Part shown: positions 1 to 8,741 of the stretch, piece after piece
Numbering within the stretch: position 1 is the stretch's first letter
How the letters are laid out: the number at the start of each line of letters is the position of its first letter
IMG/VR virus record: IMGVR_UViG_3300044843_001040
Span: 1 to 64,000 of that record
Length of the DNA: 64,000 nt
Source: an uncultured virus (IMG/VR IMGVR_UViG_3300044843_001040)
Lineage: Duplodnaviria > Heunggongvirae > Uroviricota > Caudoviricetes
Strand: one strand, 5' to 3'
Made by a program: the position numbers and the translations under genes
Notes under the pieces: model-generated
Databases searched by the model: none
What the model was told of the DNA's origin: nothing
The model's input: the letters and a program-made list of their open reading frames with translations, nothing else

Positions 1-315
1 CCATAAGGTTTTTAGCTTGACTACTCGCCAATATTCTACTTCGGAATATTCTTTATTTTGAAGAAACCATTTTTTAGCTCCATCAGCATATTCTATGGCC
101 GGACCATCTTCTCGATGGAGCTGATCATAAACCCAATATTGTTTTTCACCGTTAGCAAATTCTCTGGCTGGCCCATTTTCTCGGTGATATTTACCATGAA
201 GGTACCATTCTTTACTTCCAGAAGTATATATTATAGAGGGGCCATCTTCTCGATGGAGATTACCATTCCAATAATAATGTTTAGTGCCAAAATAATCTAT
301 CTTAATTTCTTGCAT
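1..315 (-). CDS. HREDGPA-repeat family protein; stop codon lies just outside the window
   Basis: Hand translation from ATG 315: MQEIKIDYFGTKHYYWNGNLHREDGPS...EYWRVVKLKTLW; not in ORF track. Confidence 0.85.
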   Translation of the reverse strand, partial: MQEIKIDYFGTKHYYWNGNLHREDGPSIIYTSGSKEWYLHGKYHRENGPAREFANGEKQYWVYDQLHREDGPAIEYADGAKKWFLQNKEYSEVEYWRVVKLKTLW

Positions 316-329
316 CACTATTTTCGATT

Positions 330-653
330 CTAAGAAGAATTTGCATTTTGCACAGCAAATTTTGCCCTATTTAAAAGCTTTTTAGCCATAAAAGTTTCTT
401 TACCTCTCTGTAAATTACAAGGGCGACACGCCAACGCAATATTATCTGGCTCATTAGAGCCCCCTTCACTTAAGGGAATTAAATGCTCAATAGTTAATTG
501 CTCCTTTAAAAATACTTGGTAACAATAATAGCACGGCATAAATGCTATCTCTCCATATAATTTTTTCTTGAGCGCCGCATTGATTTTAGATTGTTTGAAT
601 TTAATTTTTTTTCGAGAAGCCCGCCGTCTCCAACCCTCAGACATATTGCTCAA
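330..653 (-). CDS. HNH endonuclease
   Basis: CYYC...TIEHLIPLSEGGSNEPDNIALACRPCN HNH and Zn motifs. Confidence 0.85.
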   Translation of the reverse strand: MSNMSEGWRRRASRKKIKFKQSKINAALKKKLYGEIAFMPCYYCYQVFLKEQLTIEHLIPLSEGGSNEPDNIALACRPCNLQRGKETFMAKKLLNRAKFAVQNANSS

Positions 654-1389
654 TATACTCCCGGTCTTGAGAAAAAATTGGAATATTATTATCTACCACC
701 CATTCCGAACGCTCAGCCACAATCATCTCTCCAGAAAGAGGATTAATAGCCTCCTTAATTACTTTATCTTTTACTAAACAACGCCCCCGTTTTTGCGAGA
801 CAGGACAATCATTCCAATTAATTCCCTTTTTAAAGCATAACTCTTGTAATTCAGAATTATTTTTACCGATTAATTCTTTGTGCAAATATAAAGTTCTAGC
901 TAACATTTGGACTGAATTGCGAGTCATATCTTGCTGACGCCAAATAAAATAATTGACTACTTCCATGGTAGGCAGAACGAAAGCCCTACTATCAAAAACA
1001 GCTAATTTACTGTTGCCTCTAAAAATATGATGGGATTGTAAACTAAAAAAAGCCGACGCCATACCAGCAGATACTGATACCATCTTTTGAAGATTATTAT
1101 CAAACCAAGGCTGAGTATTAAGGGATTGATAATTATTGATCAAAATTGAAATTTCATCTGATTGCACATAAGCGATTTGTGCGCCTTGAATATTTTCACA
1201 CAAATATTTAGCCGTTCTATCCATAACCTCAACTAGATTATTGTCGACTGGTCGCTGGCAACCTTTAGTGTAAGTGTGAAAGCTTTTACCATCTAAACGA
1301 AGTATAATAGGTAATCTATTAGGAATAGAATTCCTAAATACTCCTTCATATTCTTTCATCCTATTGCCTAATTGATCTCTATCTGACAT
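637..1389 (-). CDS. thg1: tRNA-His guanylyltransferase Thg1-like protein (3'-5' polymerase)
   Basis: RLDGKSFH, YVQSDEIS, FDSRAF, YFIWRQQD motifs; start set at ATG 1389 (SD AAGGA), ORF track starts at 1416. Confidence 0.9.
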   Translation of the reverse strand: MSDRDQLGNRMKEYEGVFRNSIPNRLPIILRLDGKSFHTYTKGCQRPVDNNLVEVMDRTAKYLCENIQGAQIAYVQSDEISILINNYQSLNTQPWFDNNLQKMVSVSAGMASAFFSLQSHHIFRGNSKLAVFDSRAFVLPTMEVVNYFIWRQQDMTRNSVQMLARTLYLHKELIGKNNSELQELCFKKGINWNDCPVSQKRGRCLVKDKVIKEAINPLSGEMIVAERSEWVVDNNIPIFSQDREYIEQYV

Positions 1390-1397
1390 ATTTTCCT

Positions 1398-1784
1398 TCA
1401 TAAGGCAGGTAGCCATTTTAAAATTTTAGTGCGTTGACTTTTATGCATCGGATATAACCCCAATACTGTTTCACTTCCGCTGGGAATCTCAGTTAAACCA
1501 GCATCTGTCACCACAATTCCTTGGGTTGGAACAAATTCTGCTCGTAATTTTAACCAATCTTTTTCAGTAGCCGATAAAACTACCTTTCGACAATTAGTTT
1601 GTAACCACTGAGTAAAAGTATCTTTCACTTTTAATTGATGATTAAAATAATTAACTAATAATATTTGAGTCGCATGGGAACATTGTGCGGCTAATTTACC
1701 GGGTGACATCCCCAATGATTCCCGAACAATTAAATACATAACAATTGGATCGTCTGTAATCTCTACGTTTGACTGATTTTTCAT
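1398..1784 (-). CDS. pth2: Peptidyl-tRNA hydrolase type 2 (Pth2 family)
   Basis: MYLIVRESLGMSPGKLAAQCSHA, KVVL, DAGLTEIPSGSETVLGLYP. Confidence 0.88.
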   Translation of the reverse strand: MKNQSNVEITDDPIVMYLIVRESLGMSPGKLAAQCSHATQILLVNYFNHQLKVKDTFTQWLQTNCRKVVLSATEKDWLKLRAEFVPTQGIVVTDAGLTEIPSGSETVLGLYPMHKSQRTKILKWLPAL

Positions 1785-1790
1785 CGTAAT

Positions 1791-1819
1791 AAGTTAATCA
1801 CGATGCTGTCCCGTGTCAA
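1791..1819 (-). promoter_or_regulatory. sigma70-like promoter, probably giving a leaderless pth2 mRNA
   Basis: TTGACA-17nt-TAACTT, -10 box 6 nt upstream of ATG 1784, AT-rich UP-like tract upstream. Confidence 0.55.
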
Positions 1820-1839
1820 CCCCAGTTGAATTTTTAAAA

Positions 1840-3039
1840 TTATTCCTGATAATCGGTGCGCCAAAAGGGAAAACCAATTACTTTAATTAAATCTAACTGA
1901 TTAACAGTATTTTGATATTGGGTTCGAGTAATATTTCCATAAATTTGTGATAAAGAACTAGGAGCAATAGAATACTTTAATATTTGGTCATGAGTAAAAA
2001 TTAAGGTACTCCCATTGCCTCCAAATAAGAAGATACGATCGTAGATAATAGCTAATTGAGATTGTATGGCTTGTCCTCTAATATTACTAAAATTAGTCCA
2101 AGTAGTAGGTGTCGCTACATTACATCGTAAAATAGTGGTCAGTGGTTCTTGATTGATATCATCAATCGGGGCTATAATAAAACCAAAATTACCATAGGTA
2201 AAAAATTGACCCCAATAACAACTAACAGGCAAAGTTCCTACTAAACTAAAAGTAGTAGGAGTAGTTAAGGGGGCTTGGTAAATAGTGTTAGTAGCTGATA
2301 ATTGAGTATCTGCTCCGCCTAATAAATAAAATGAATTATTGATTAAGGCTAAATGACCACCACAACGAGCTGCTGGCAAGGTGGAGCCGGTGATAGTCCA
2401 AGATAATGGATTAGTGGTGGGGGCTCGATAAATAGCATTGGTGACACCGCTAATAGTGCGACCCCCAAACAAATAAATATATCCATCAGCAATACCTAAA
2501 TGAGAATTACATAAACCTACAGGTAAATCAGAGCCAGAATCTGTCCACACTAATGGATTAGTCACCGAGGCTCGATAGATATTATTGGTAATATCATTAT
2601 TAATTCTGCCTCCAAAGAGATATAGATAGCCATCTATCCTGGCTAAGTGCGATCCAGATAAATTAACAGGCAAATCAGCACCAGTATCTTCCCAAGTAGC
2701 GGGAGTATTTAAGCCAGCGGAAAGAATGGTAGAACTATTCTCGCCTCCAAATAGATACACAGTATCACCAATCACAGCTAATTGACTATCACTAGCAACT
2801 TGAGGCAATGTTTTTTCAATAGCGTCCCAAGCAGTAAAGTTAGGTAAGCTAAAATCAGCAATGGTATATCCGTCTTGGAGTTCAAAAGCAGAAATATCAA
2901 CCAAATCACTAGTACCAGACTTTAATCCGGTATATAATTCACCTGTTAAATCTGGAGTGTTGTCTACTACCCAACTTCGATATTGAATGGGAAAAGAATT
3001 AACATCTCGACCTACCATTTTGTAGCGTACCATGTACAT
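1840..3039 (-). CDS. Kelch-like beta-propeller protein (possibly virion-associated)
   Basis: Repeated IDGYLYLFGG...IYRA...W blades. Confidence 0.75.
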   Translation of the reverse strand: MYMVRYKMVGRDVNSFPIQYRSWVVDNTPDLTGELYTGLKSGTSDLVDISAFELQDGYTIADFSLPNFTAWDAIEKTLPQVASDSQLAVIGDTVYLFGGENSSTILSAGLNTPATWEDTGADLPVNLSGSHLARIDGYLYLFGGRINNDITNNIYRASVTNPLVWTDSGSDLPVGLCNSHLGIADGYIYLFGGRTISGVTNAIYRAPTTNPLSWTITGSTLPAARCGGHLALINNSFYLLGGADTQLSATNTIYQAPLTTPTTFSLVGTLPVSCYWGQFFTYGNFGFIIAPIDDINQEPLTTILRCNVATPTTWTNFSNIRGQAIQSQLAIIYDRIFLFGGNGSTLIFTHDQILKYSIAPSSLSQIYGNITRTQYQNTVNQLDLIKVIGFPFWRTDYQE

Positions 3040-3102
3040 TATGCTGCAATATGTCTATATATTGTGGCTTACCAACTGATATATAGAATGATAATGGGTG
3101 AA

Positions 3103-4230
3103 CTACTCTTGCCTTAAGGCAAGAGCTTCTTGGATTGTCATTGATCCAACATATGCAGGGTATGCCCGCATAGCCTGTCCCAGGCAAAAAACATTTTTAG
3201 CTGCATTCTCATCTCTATCATAGGTAACACCACAACTACAATTTATTATTCTATCGGAAAGTTTTAGATTAACATGAATCTTTCCGCAAGAATTACAAGT
3301 TTTAGAAGTATTACTTGGATTAACTAAAATCAAATTATTGACTTTATATGCTAGAAATGATATAAATTGTGCTAATTTAGCATTACGAATGCTTCTGTTT
3401 AAGTTCGTCCATTTACCTTCTGACATTGATTTGACAGATAGGTTTTCTGCATAGATCGTATCATATGTTGAACTTAGTCTTTTGGAGACTTTATGCTGGT
3501 AATCATTTATTTTTCTGACTTTAGCATCATACAATCTATTTTTTACTCTTTTCAAGAATTGATATTTTCTTGACTTTTTATTTAATTTGTCTGCCCTACT
3601 TTGAATTTTGGCAATCTGTTTATCAAAATATTTACTATCTGTTCTATTTTTTATTTTTTCACCATTAGTAGCTACTACTAAATTTTTTAGCCCTATATCA
3701 ATTCCAATACTTCCAGAAGCTGTTGTATTCTCTATATAGTCTGTTATGATATTTAAATAAAACTTATTATTTTTATTGGTGATAATAATTTGCTTTATTT
3801 GACCTTTTAATGGTCGATGTTTATTAAAGCATATAGCACCATAAACTTTTGTTATTAACTGATTATTTTTAATTTTAAATCCCGATTGAGGATAACAGAT
3901 ATTAAAAAACTTTTGACAACTACGAAATTTTGGAAACCCAGCAGTTTCTTTATTTTTAATACGACGAAAGAAAGCTTGGTAACTACGATCTAATCGTAGA
4001 GTTACTTGCTGTAAGACTTGACTATGCATCTCATTTAAAGTTTCATCTTTACTTTTTAAGGCTATAAGCTCTGTTTGTTGTTCTTTTTTACCTATTTTAA
4101 TAGAGTTTTTAAAATTTTCTATTCTTTGATTTAGAAAATAATTATACAACCAATTAAGCTTATTAGCATGTTGCCATAACTTTTTTTGTTGTTTTTTATT
4201 TGGGTATAATCGATACTTAAAAGTTATCAT
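3103..4230 (-). CDS. tnpB: TnpB RNA-guided endonuclease
   Basis: FKYRLYP N-terminus, GIDIG RuvC-I, ENL RuvC-II, TSKTCNSCG Zn ribbon, DRDENAAKN. Confidence 0.93.
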   Translation of the reverse strand: MITFKYRLYPNKKQQKKLWQHANKLNWLYNYFLNQRIENFKNSIKIGKKEQQTELIALKSKDETLNEMHSQVLQQVTLRLDRSYQAFFRRIKNKETAGFPKFRSCQKFFNICYPQSGFKIKNNQLITKVYGAICFNKHRPLKGQIKQIIITNKNNKFYLNIITDYIENTTASGSIGIDIGLKNLVVATNGEKIKNRTDSKYFDKQIAKIQSRADKLNKKSRKYQFLKRVKNRLYDAKVRKINDYQHKVSKRLSSTYDTIYAENLSVKSMSEGKWTNLNRSIRNAKLAQFISFLAYKVNNLILVNPSNTSKTCNSCGKIHVNLKLSDRIINCSCGVTYDRDENAAKNVFCLGQAMRAYPAYVGSMTIQEALALRQE

Positions 4231-4640
4231 TCTTGTTCTAACCTTTGGTCAGAAACATACTTTTTAAGTATGTCAATAGTTACATTTCCGCTAGTTGCAA
4301 GAAAATAAGAAGGAGACCAAAAACTATCTCCCCATAATTTATCTTTAAGAAAATCTTTATATTTATCTCGTAGCATTCTACTGGAGCGACCTTTTAGAAT
4401 ATTGATAAATTTACAAATATCTAAAGTGGGTTTGGCTTTAAATAATAAATGTAGGTGGTCATCGCCACATTGCTGTTCAATTATTTCTACCTCAAAATCT
4501 TTAGCAATAGTATTTATAATAGTTTTTAAATCAGAAATCATAAGATCATCCTGAAAAACTTTTTTACGATATTTCACAACAGTTATAAAGTGGTAGTATA
4601 GAGAAAAAACTGCGTTGTTTGTTTTAGTAGTTCGATACAT
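4227..4640 (-). CDS. tnpA: IS200/IS605 Y1 transposase TnpA
   Basis: YHFITVVKYRK, DHLHLL HUH motif, FWSPSYF, catalytic YVSDQ. Confidence 0.93.
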   Translation of the reverse strand: MYRTTKTNNAVFSLYYHFITVVKYRKKVFQDDLMISDLKTIINTIAKDFEVEIIEQQCGDDHLHLLFKAKPTLDICKFINILKGRSSRMLRDKYKDFLKDKLWGDSFWSPSYFLATSGNVTIDILKKYVSDQRLEQE

Positions 4641-4741
4641 TTTTCACCTACCAAAATATATAACGAACTATTAGCAGTTTAGTTAAACTTTTTTATCGCA
4701 TTCATCCTCTGCCTTAAGGCAGAGGATTTCTGCGTTTTTTT

Positions 4742-5563
4742 TTGGTTAAATATTATATTTATAAAATAACAAACAACATAAATAATAAAAGTTATATTGG
4801 GCAGAGTTTAGATTTTAAGAAGCGATGGAAAACGCATATAAGTGATGCTTTGAGAAAAACAGGCAAAACTCATATTACTAAAAAATTTGCGATCCATCAT
4901 GCTATTAATCATTATGGTGTAGAAAATTTTAATTTTGAAGTTATCCAAGAGTGCGATTCTTTAGAAGAAGCTAATTTGTTAGAAATTAGCTATATTGAAA
5001 AATTCAATACTCTAGCCCCTTTAGGGTACAATTTAACTACTGGAGGACATAATAGCTCTCCCTCTCCAGAAATTAAAGAGAAAATAAGAGAAAAATTAAA
5101 AATAGTTAGTTATTTTAACATAGCTAAACCTCACCCTAATTTAGGAAGACAGCTTCCGGAAGAAATTAAAACCAATTTGTCTAGAAAAAATTCTGGTGAT
5201 TTAGCCGGAGCTAAAAAAATTACTTCGGCCCAGGCTAAGGAAATATATCTCAAAGCTTTAGCAAATGTTTCTACTCAAGAATTAATGGCTTCTTATCAAT
5301 TAAGTCAAAATACAATTCTAAATATTTTAAATAAAAAATCTTGGAAAGAAATTTTGAATGATTTACCAGCCATAAATATGGCTAATAGAAATCGTGGTAG
5401 CAATCGTTTTAATGCCAAACTAAATAAAAATCAAATCCAAGAAATTATGAATCTTTATAAGAATGGCGTCAAACAAGTAGAGATTTGCAAAATTTACCAC
5501 ATAAAACCATCTCATTGTTCATTAATAGTTAATAATAAAATATGGAAATATATTGATAATTAA
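4742..5563 (+). CDS. GIY-YIG homing endonuclease; native ATG separated by the IS605 insertion
   Basis: YIYKITNNINNKSYIGQS...RWKTH...E...GYNLTTGG; NUMOD/HTH-like C-terminus. Confidence 0.85.
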   Translation: MVKYYIYKITNNINNKSYIGQSLDFKKRWKTHISDALRKTGKTHITKKFAIHHAINHYGVENFNFEVIQECDSLEEANLLEISYIEKFNTLAPLGYNLTTGGHNSSPSPEIKEKIREKLKIVSYFNIAKPHPNLGRQLPEEIKTNLSRKNSGDLAGAKKITSAQAKEIYLKALANVSTQELMASYQLSQNTILNILNKKSWKEILNDLPAINMANRNRGSNRFNAKLNKNQIQEIMNLYKNGVKQVEICKIYHIKPSHCSLIVNNKIWKYIDN

Positions 5564-7929
5564 ACTCCATCATATTTAGCATATTTACTAGGTTTACTAA
5601 CTAGATATAATCTTTTTTTGGCTCGAGTAATAGCCACATAATATAAGTTAGCCTCTTCTCCAGTAATACCTGGACCATAACGATAAGTGTTGATAAGCAC
5701 GAAGACATTATCTCGCTCTAATCCCTTGGCTTTATGAGTAGTGCTGAAAATAACCTTCGCACTATCATCCACATCATTAAATAATTTTTCAATAGTTTCT
5801 TTCAGGTCTTGTAAGGTTAAAGTTCCCTCACATAAATTCAATAAACATTCTGCTTTATCGACACAAATATCGGTACTTTTCTTTTCTGATAATAATCTTT
5901 TGACTTCCTGATCTCTCCAAGAATTAACATAATCAATAAATCCATTGATAGTTTTAGCTTTCGATTTTTTAATAAAATATAAAAGATTTGCTCCAATATC
6001 ACGACCTTGAATATTGGCTGGAACACCTAACTTTAGCAGCGCTAAACAATATTTAATTAATGGAGCATTGGTACGAGAGAGTACGAAATCTCCCGGTTTT
6101 ACCTGTTTCAACATTTCAGAATAATCAATATCAACAATTTCACCCTCTTCTGATTTATCATAAGCCGTAATATCTGGGACAATTTCTTGGGCTAATTTAA
6201 CTACTTTTTTAGGGCAACGATAAGTCAGAGATAAGGGTAAAGTTTTAGCTTTTAATTTATTAATAAAATTAGGAATGGCATCACTATCGGCTCCCCGAAA
6301 TTGATAAATAGAATTATGACTTAAAATACCATTGCCAATGAAATTAGCCGCTTGCTCTACTTCAATATCATAGAAAACTCCTGGCTTATCTTTATTGACG
6401 ATAATTTTCACTGGCGCTAATTTTCCATCTTCAACTTGAAGAACTTGCATATCAGTTTGTAACTGACATGCTGGCATTAAAATAAATTGGTCGCCTAATG
6501 TTTCATTAATCTCTCCACCATAGATAGATTTTAGCTTATTAGCAAAAAAGCTAGCTTCCGTATAAGAGTTAAAAGTCTTAGTCGTTAACTTCGGTTGATC
6601 AGTAAAATATGAGACTACACTTCCAGACAATGTATGAGAATGTAAGTGTATCATATAGGGAATATTAAACCAATTTGGTTGGTGACAGGGGCCAAAAGTA
6701 TCTAATAATAGCTGGTCACCATTAAGGCCAGTAGCTGGAGAGTAATAAAGATAATTATAATTATTATTTAAATCGTAAACTTCTTCACTAGAAGGCACAA
6801 TATGGAGTATCCATATTTTCTGATCTGATAGAGATTGAAGGAAATTTTGCAGATTATCAATGCCAGTCATATTCTTAATTGAATACCCAGTCGAATCAGA
6901 ATAAGTTAAATACACCAGATGAGAACTAGGAAGAACATTAAATTTGGCCCAAATTTTATGATTGGGCGACATTAATAATTTATTTTTAGTGAAAGTGAAA
7001 TTAGCAACAATTTCAATCCCATGAGTCCAAGACGACTTCTGTTTAATAGTTATTTTTTGATGATCAATTTTCCCATTATTAAAACATTGAATCGGAGTAT
7101 TCACTGGGCAATCTTTTACTGATAGATCAGCGCCATAAGTAGATAATAATGTATTTTCATCCACACATTGGGCAGGGTCTCCCACGGCAATAATTCGCCC
7201 AGTCGGTTTAATAGCTGATAACACCATGGTAATTTGAGCCGTATTCAGATCCTGAGCCTCATCCACAAAAACGATATCCCATTTGCCTACATTTAATCGA
7301 TAGACAAAGGGAAACCAAATCATATCATCAAAATCAATTACTTGCTTTTGGGCCTTAGCTAAGGCTAAGGTTTTAATGACATACTCAGTAAACTTTTCTC
7401 GGGTTAGATCAAAAATCTCGATTCCAAATTTATCTATTAAATCTCCAATTCCGGCCGGAGTATCACATAAAAATCCTTTACATAAGGAAACACATTTACA
7501 GATACTTTGATTGAGCTCCCATAAATCTCGATCATCCCCGATTAAAGACGAGACTAAGTTTCTAGATTTATCGTTTTCTAAAGTAACTTGACCAAATGAT
7601 TGTTTAATGGCTCTAAAGCCCAACGAATGGAGCGTCATTATATCAATATATGAAGCTGCTCGTTGTTTCAATTCTTCGGCAATACTTTTATTAAAGGCTA
7701 CCATTAAGGTCTTTTTACCTTTAGGTATATATTTAAATCCTTCAACAATAACCGAAGTTTTGCCAGATCCTGCCCGAGCAATTACTACAGTATGGTCAGT
7801 GGCAGAATGAATATCTTTAAAGATATTCTTTTGCAGATCTGACCAATCTCTTTTAGGATTAGCTTTGATAATATGGGAATTATCATTCTTTTTGGGAGGA
7901 AATTTACTTTTTCTATTAGAAATAGCCAT
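5560..7929 (-). CDS. UvrD/Rep-family SF1 helicase containing an intein
   Basis: ARAGSGKT, VDEAQD, VGDPAQ/SIYQFRGA, TYRCP, STTHKAKGLE, LYYVAITRAK. Confidence 0.92.
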   Translation of the reverse strand: MAISNRKSKFPPKKNDNSHIIKANPKRDWSDLQKNIFKDIHSATDHTVVIARAGSGKTSVIVEGFKYIPKGKKTLMVAFNKSIAEELKQRAASYIDIMTLHSLGFRAIKQSFGQVTLENDKSRNLVSSLIGDDRDLWELNQSICKCVSLCKGFLCDTPAGIGDLIDKFGIEIFDLTREKFTEYVIKTLALAKAQKQVIDFDDMIWFPFVYRLNVGKWDIVFVDEAQDLNTAQITMVLSAIKPTGRIIAVGDPAQCVDENTLLSTYGADLSVKDCPVNTPIQCFNNGKIDHQKITIKQKSSWTHGIEIVANFTFTKNKLLMSPNHKIWAKFNVLPSSHLVYLTYSDSTGYSIKNMTGIDNLQNFLQSLSDQKIWILHIVPSSEEVYDLNNNYNYLYYSPATGLNGDQLLLDTFGPCHQPNWFNIPYMIHLHSHTLSGSVVSYFTDQPKLTTKTFNSYTEASFFANKLKSIYGGEINETLGDQFILMPACQLQTDMQVLQVEDGKLAPVKIIVNKDKPGVFYDIEVEQAANFIGNGILSHNSIYQFRGADSDAIPNFINKLKAKTLPLSLTYRCPKKVVKLAQEIVPDITAYDKSEEGEIVDIDYSEMLKQVKPGDFVLSRTNAPLIKYCLALLKLGVPANIQGRDIGANLLYFIKKSKAKTINGFIDYVNSWRDQEVKRLLSEKKSTDICVDKAECLLNLCEGTLTLQDLKETIEKLFNDVDDSAKVIFSTTHKAKGLERDNVFVLINTYRYGPGITGEEANLYYVAITRAKKRLYLVSKPSKYAKYDGV
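6313..7167 (-). mobile_element. Intein (285 aa) in helicase motif III
   Basis: Starts CVDENT, block B SPNHKIW, ends FYDIEVEQAANFIGNGILSHN followed by Ser +1. Confidence 0.88.
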
Positions 7930-8008
7930 GAAATTTTGTTAACCTTTCAATCCATTCTTTGCTCCAAGAACTTTTCACAATATCTTTTATAGTTTCCTTT
8001 AAATTATT

Positions 8009-8386
8009 TTAGCATACTACTGGTCTATTCCACCAAATCAAAAGATTTTTTATATGCTCTTGTTCTTGTAGTGATAATGTATCATACCAAATTAAAGCTG
8101 CATTTGTTTCTGGTGATGGATTAATATTTAAATTGCAATTCTCTGGCTGATCAGATAAATCTTTTTCAAAAGATAGTTCTACAGCATCTTTAAGATTTTC
8201 AGCTAAGAAATTTGCATCATCTTCTGTTAAGTCTGAAATCTTATAAGGTAAATTAGTAATATATTTAATAGCATCCTTTAATGGAACTTCATCATTAGAT
8301 TTGGTTAAATACCAACGAGTAGTTGGGTCACGAAATGCCTTTATAAGTACCATTTTATTAATTACTTTATTGATTACTAACTTCAT
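8009..8386 (-). CDS. Hypothetical protein with ribosomal L7/L12 C-terminal-like segment
   Basis: KMVLIKAFR...LKDAIKYITNLPYKI..LTEDDANFLAENLKDA resembles the L7/L12 CTD pattern. Confidence 0.4.
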   Translation of the reverse strand: MKLVINKVINKMVLIKAFRDPTTRWYLTKSNDEVPLKDAIKYITNLPYKISDLTEDDANFLAENLKDAVELSFEKDLSDQPENCNLNINPSPETNAALIWYDTLSLQEQEHIKNLLIWWNRPVVC

Positions 8387-8460
8387 AAATTTAACCGCTT
8401 GATCTCATGATCGCATCCCATCATGATGGGATCTTTTAACTGAGAAAGTTCTCGTTTAGA

Positions 8461-8733
8461 TTATCTATCTAATCTACCTGTAGTGGTTCTAATGATATTA
8501 TCTGCCATAAAAGCCCCATAACGAGAAGGCTCATTAACAGGTTTAGTGATATCTTCTTCTCCGTGATAGTGAAAACTGATAGCTGTGATCTGTCCTGTTT
8601 CTTCTTGTTCGCGACATTCCATCCAAGTCCAATAAGATTGCTCCCCTGAGTGGCATAACCAAGAAGCAAAATGATCAGCTTGAATTTTGTCATCAAACTC
8701 AATGGTTAATTTAACTTTTTCTTTTTTTGACAT
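8461..8733 (-). CDS. Hypothetical protein
   Basis: ORF in minus-strand gene run. Confidence 0.65.
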   Translation of the reverse strand: MSKKEKVKLTIEFDDKIQADHFASWLCHSGEQSYWTWMECREQEETGQITAISFHYHGEEDITKPVNEPSRYGAFMADNIIRTTTGRLDR

Positions 8734-8741
8734 AAATTTAT

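Larger units (their letters stand above)
3098..4745 (-). mobile_element. IS605-group element (tnpA + tnpB)
   Basis: Subterminal hairpins share CTCT(T)GCCTTAAGGC(A)AGAG; right end ...TAGTTCAC; TTTAA immediately 5' of the left end; removing the element restores an ORF start. Confidence 0.9.
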
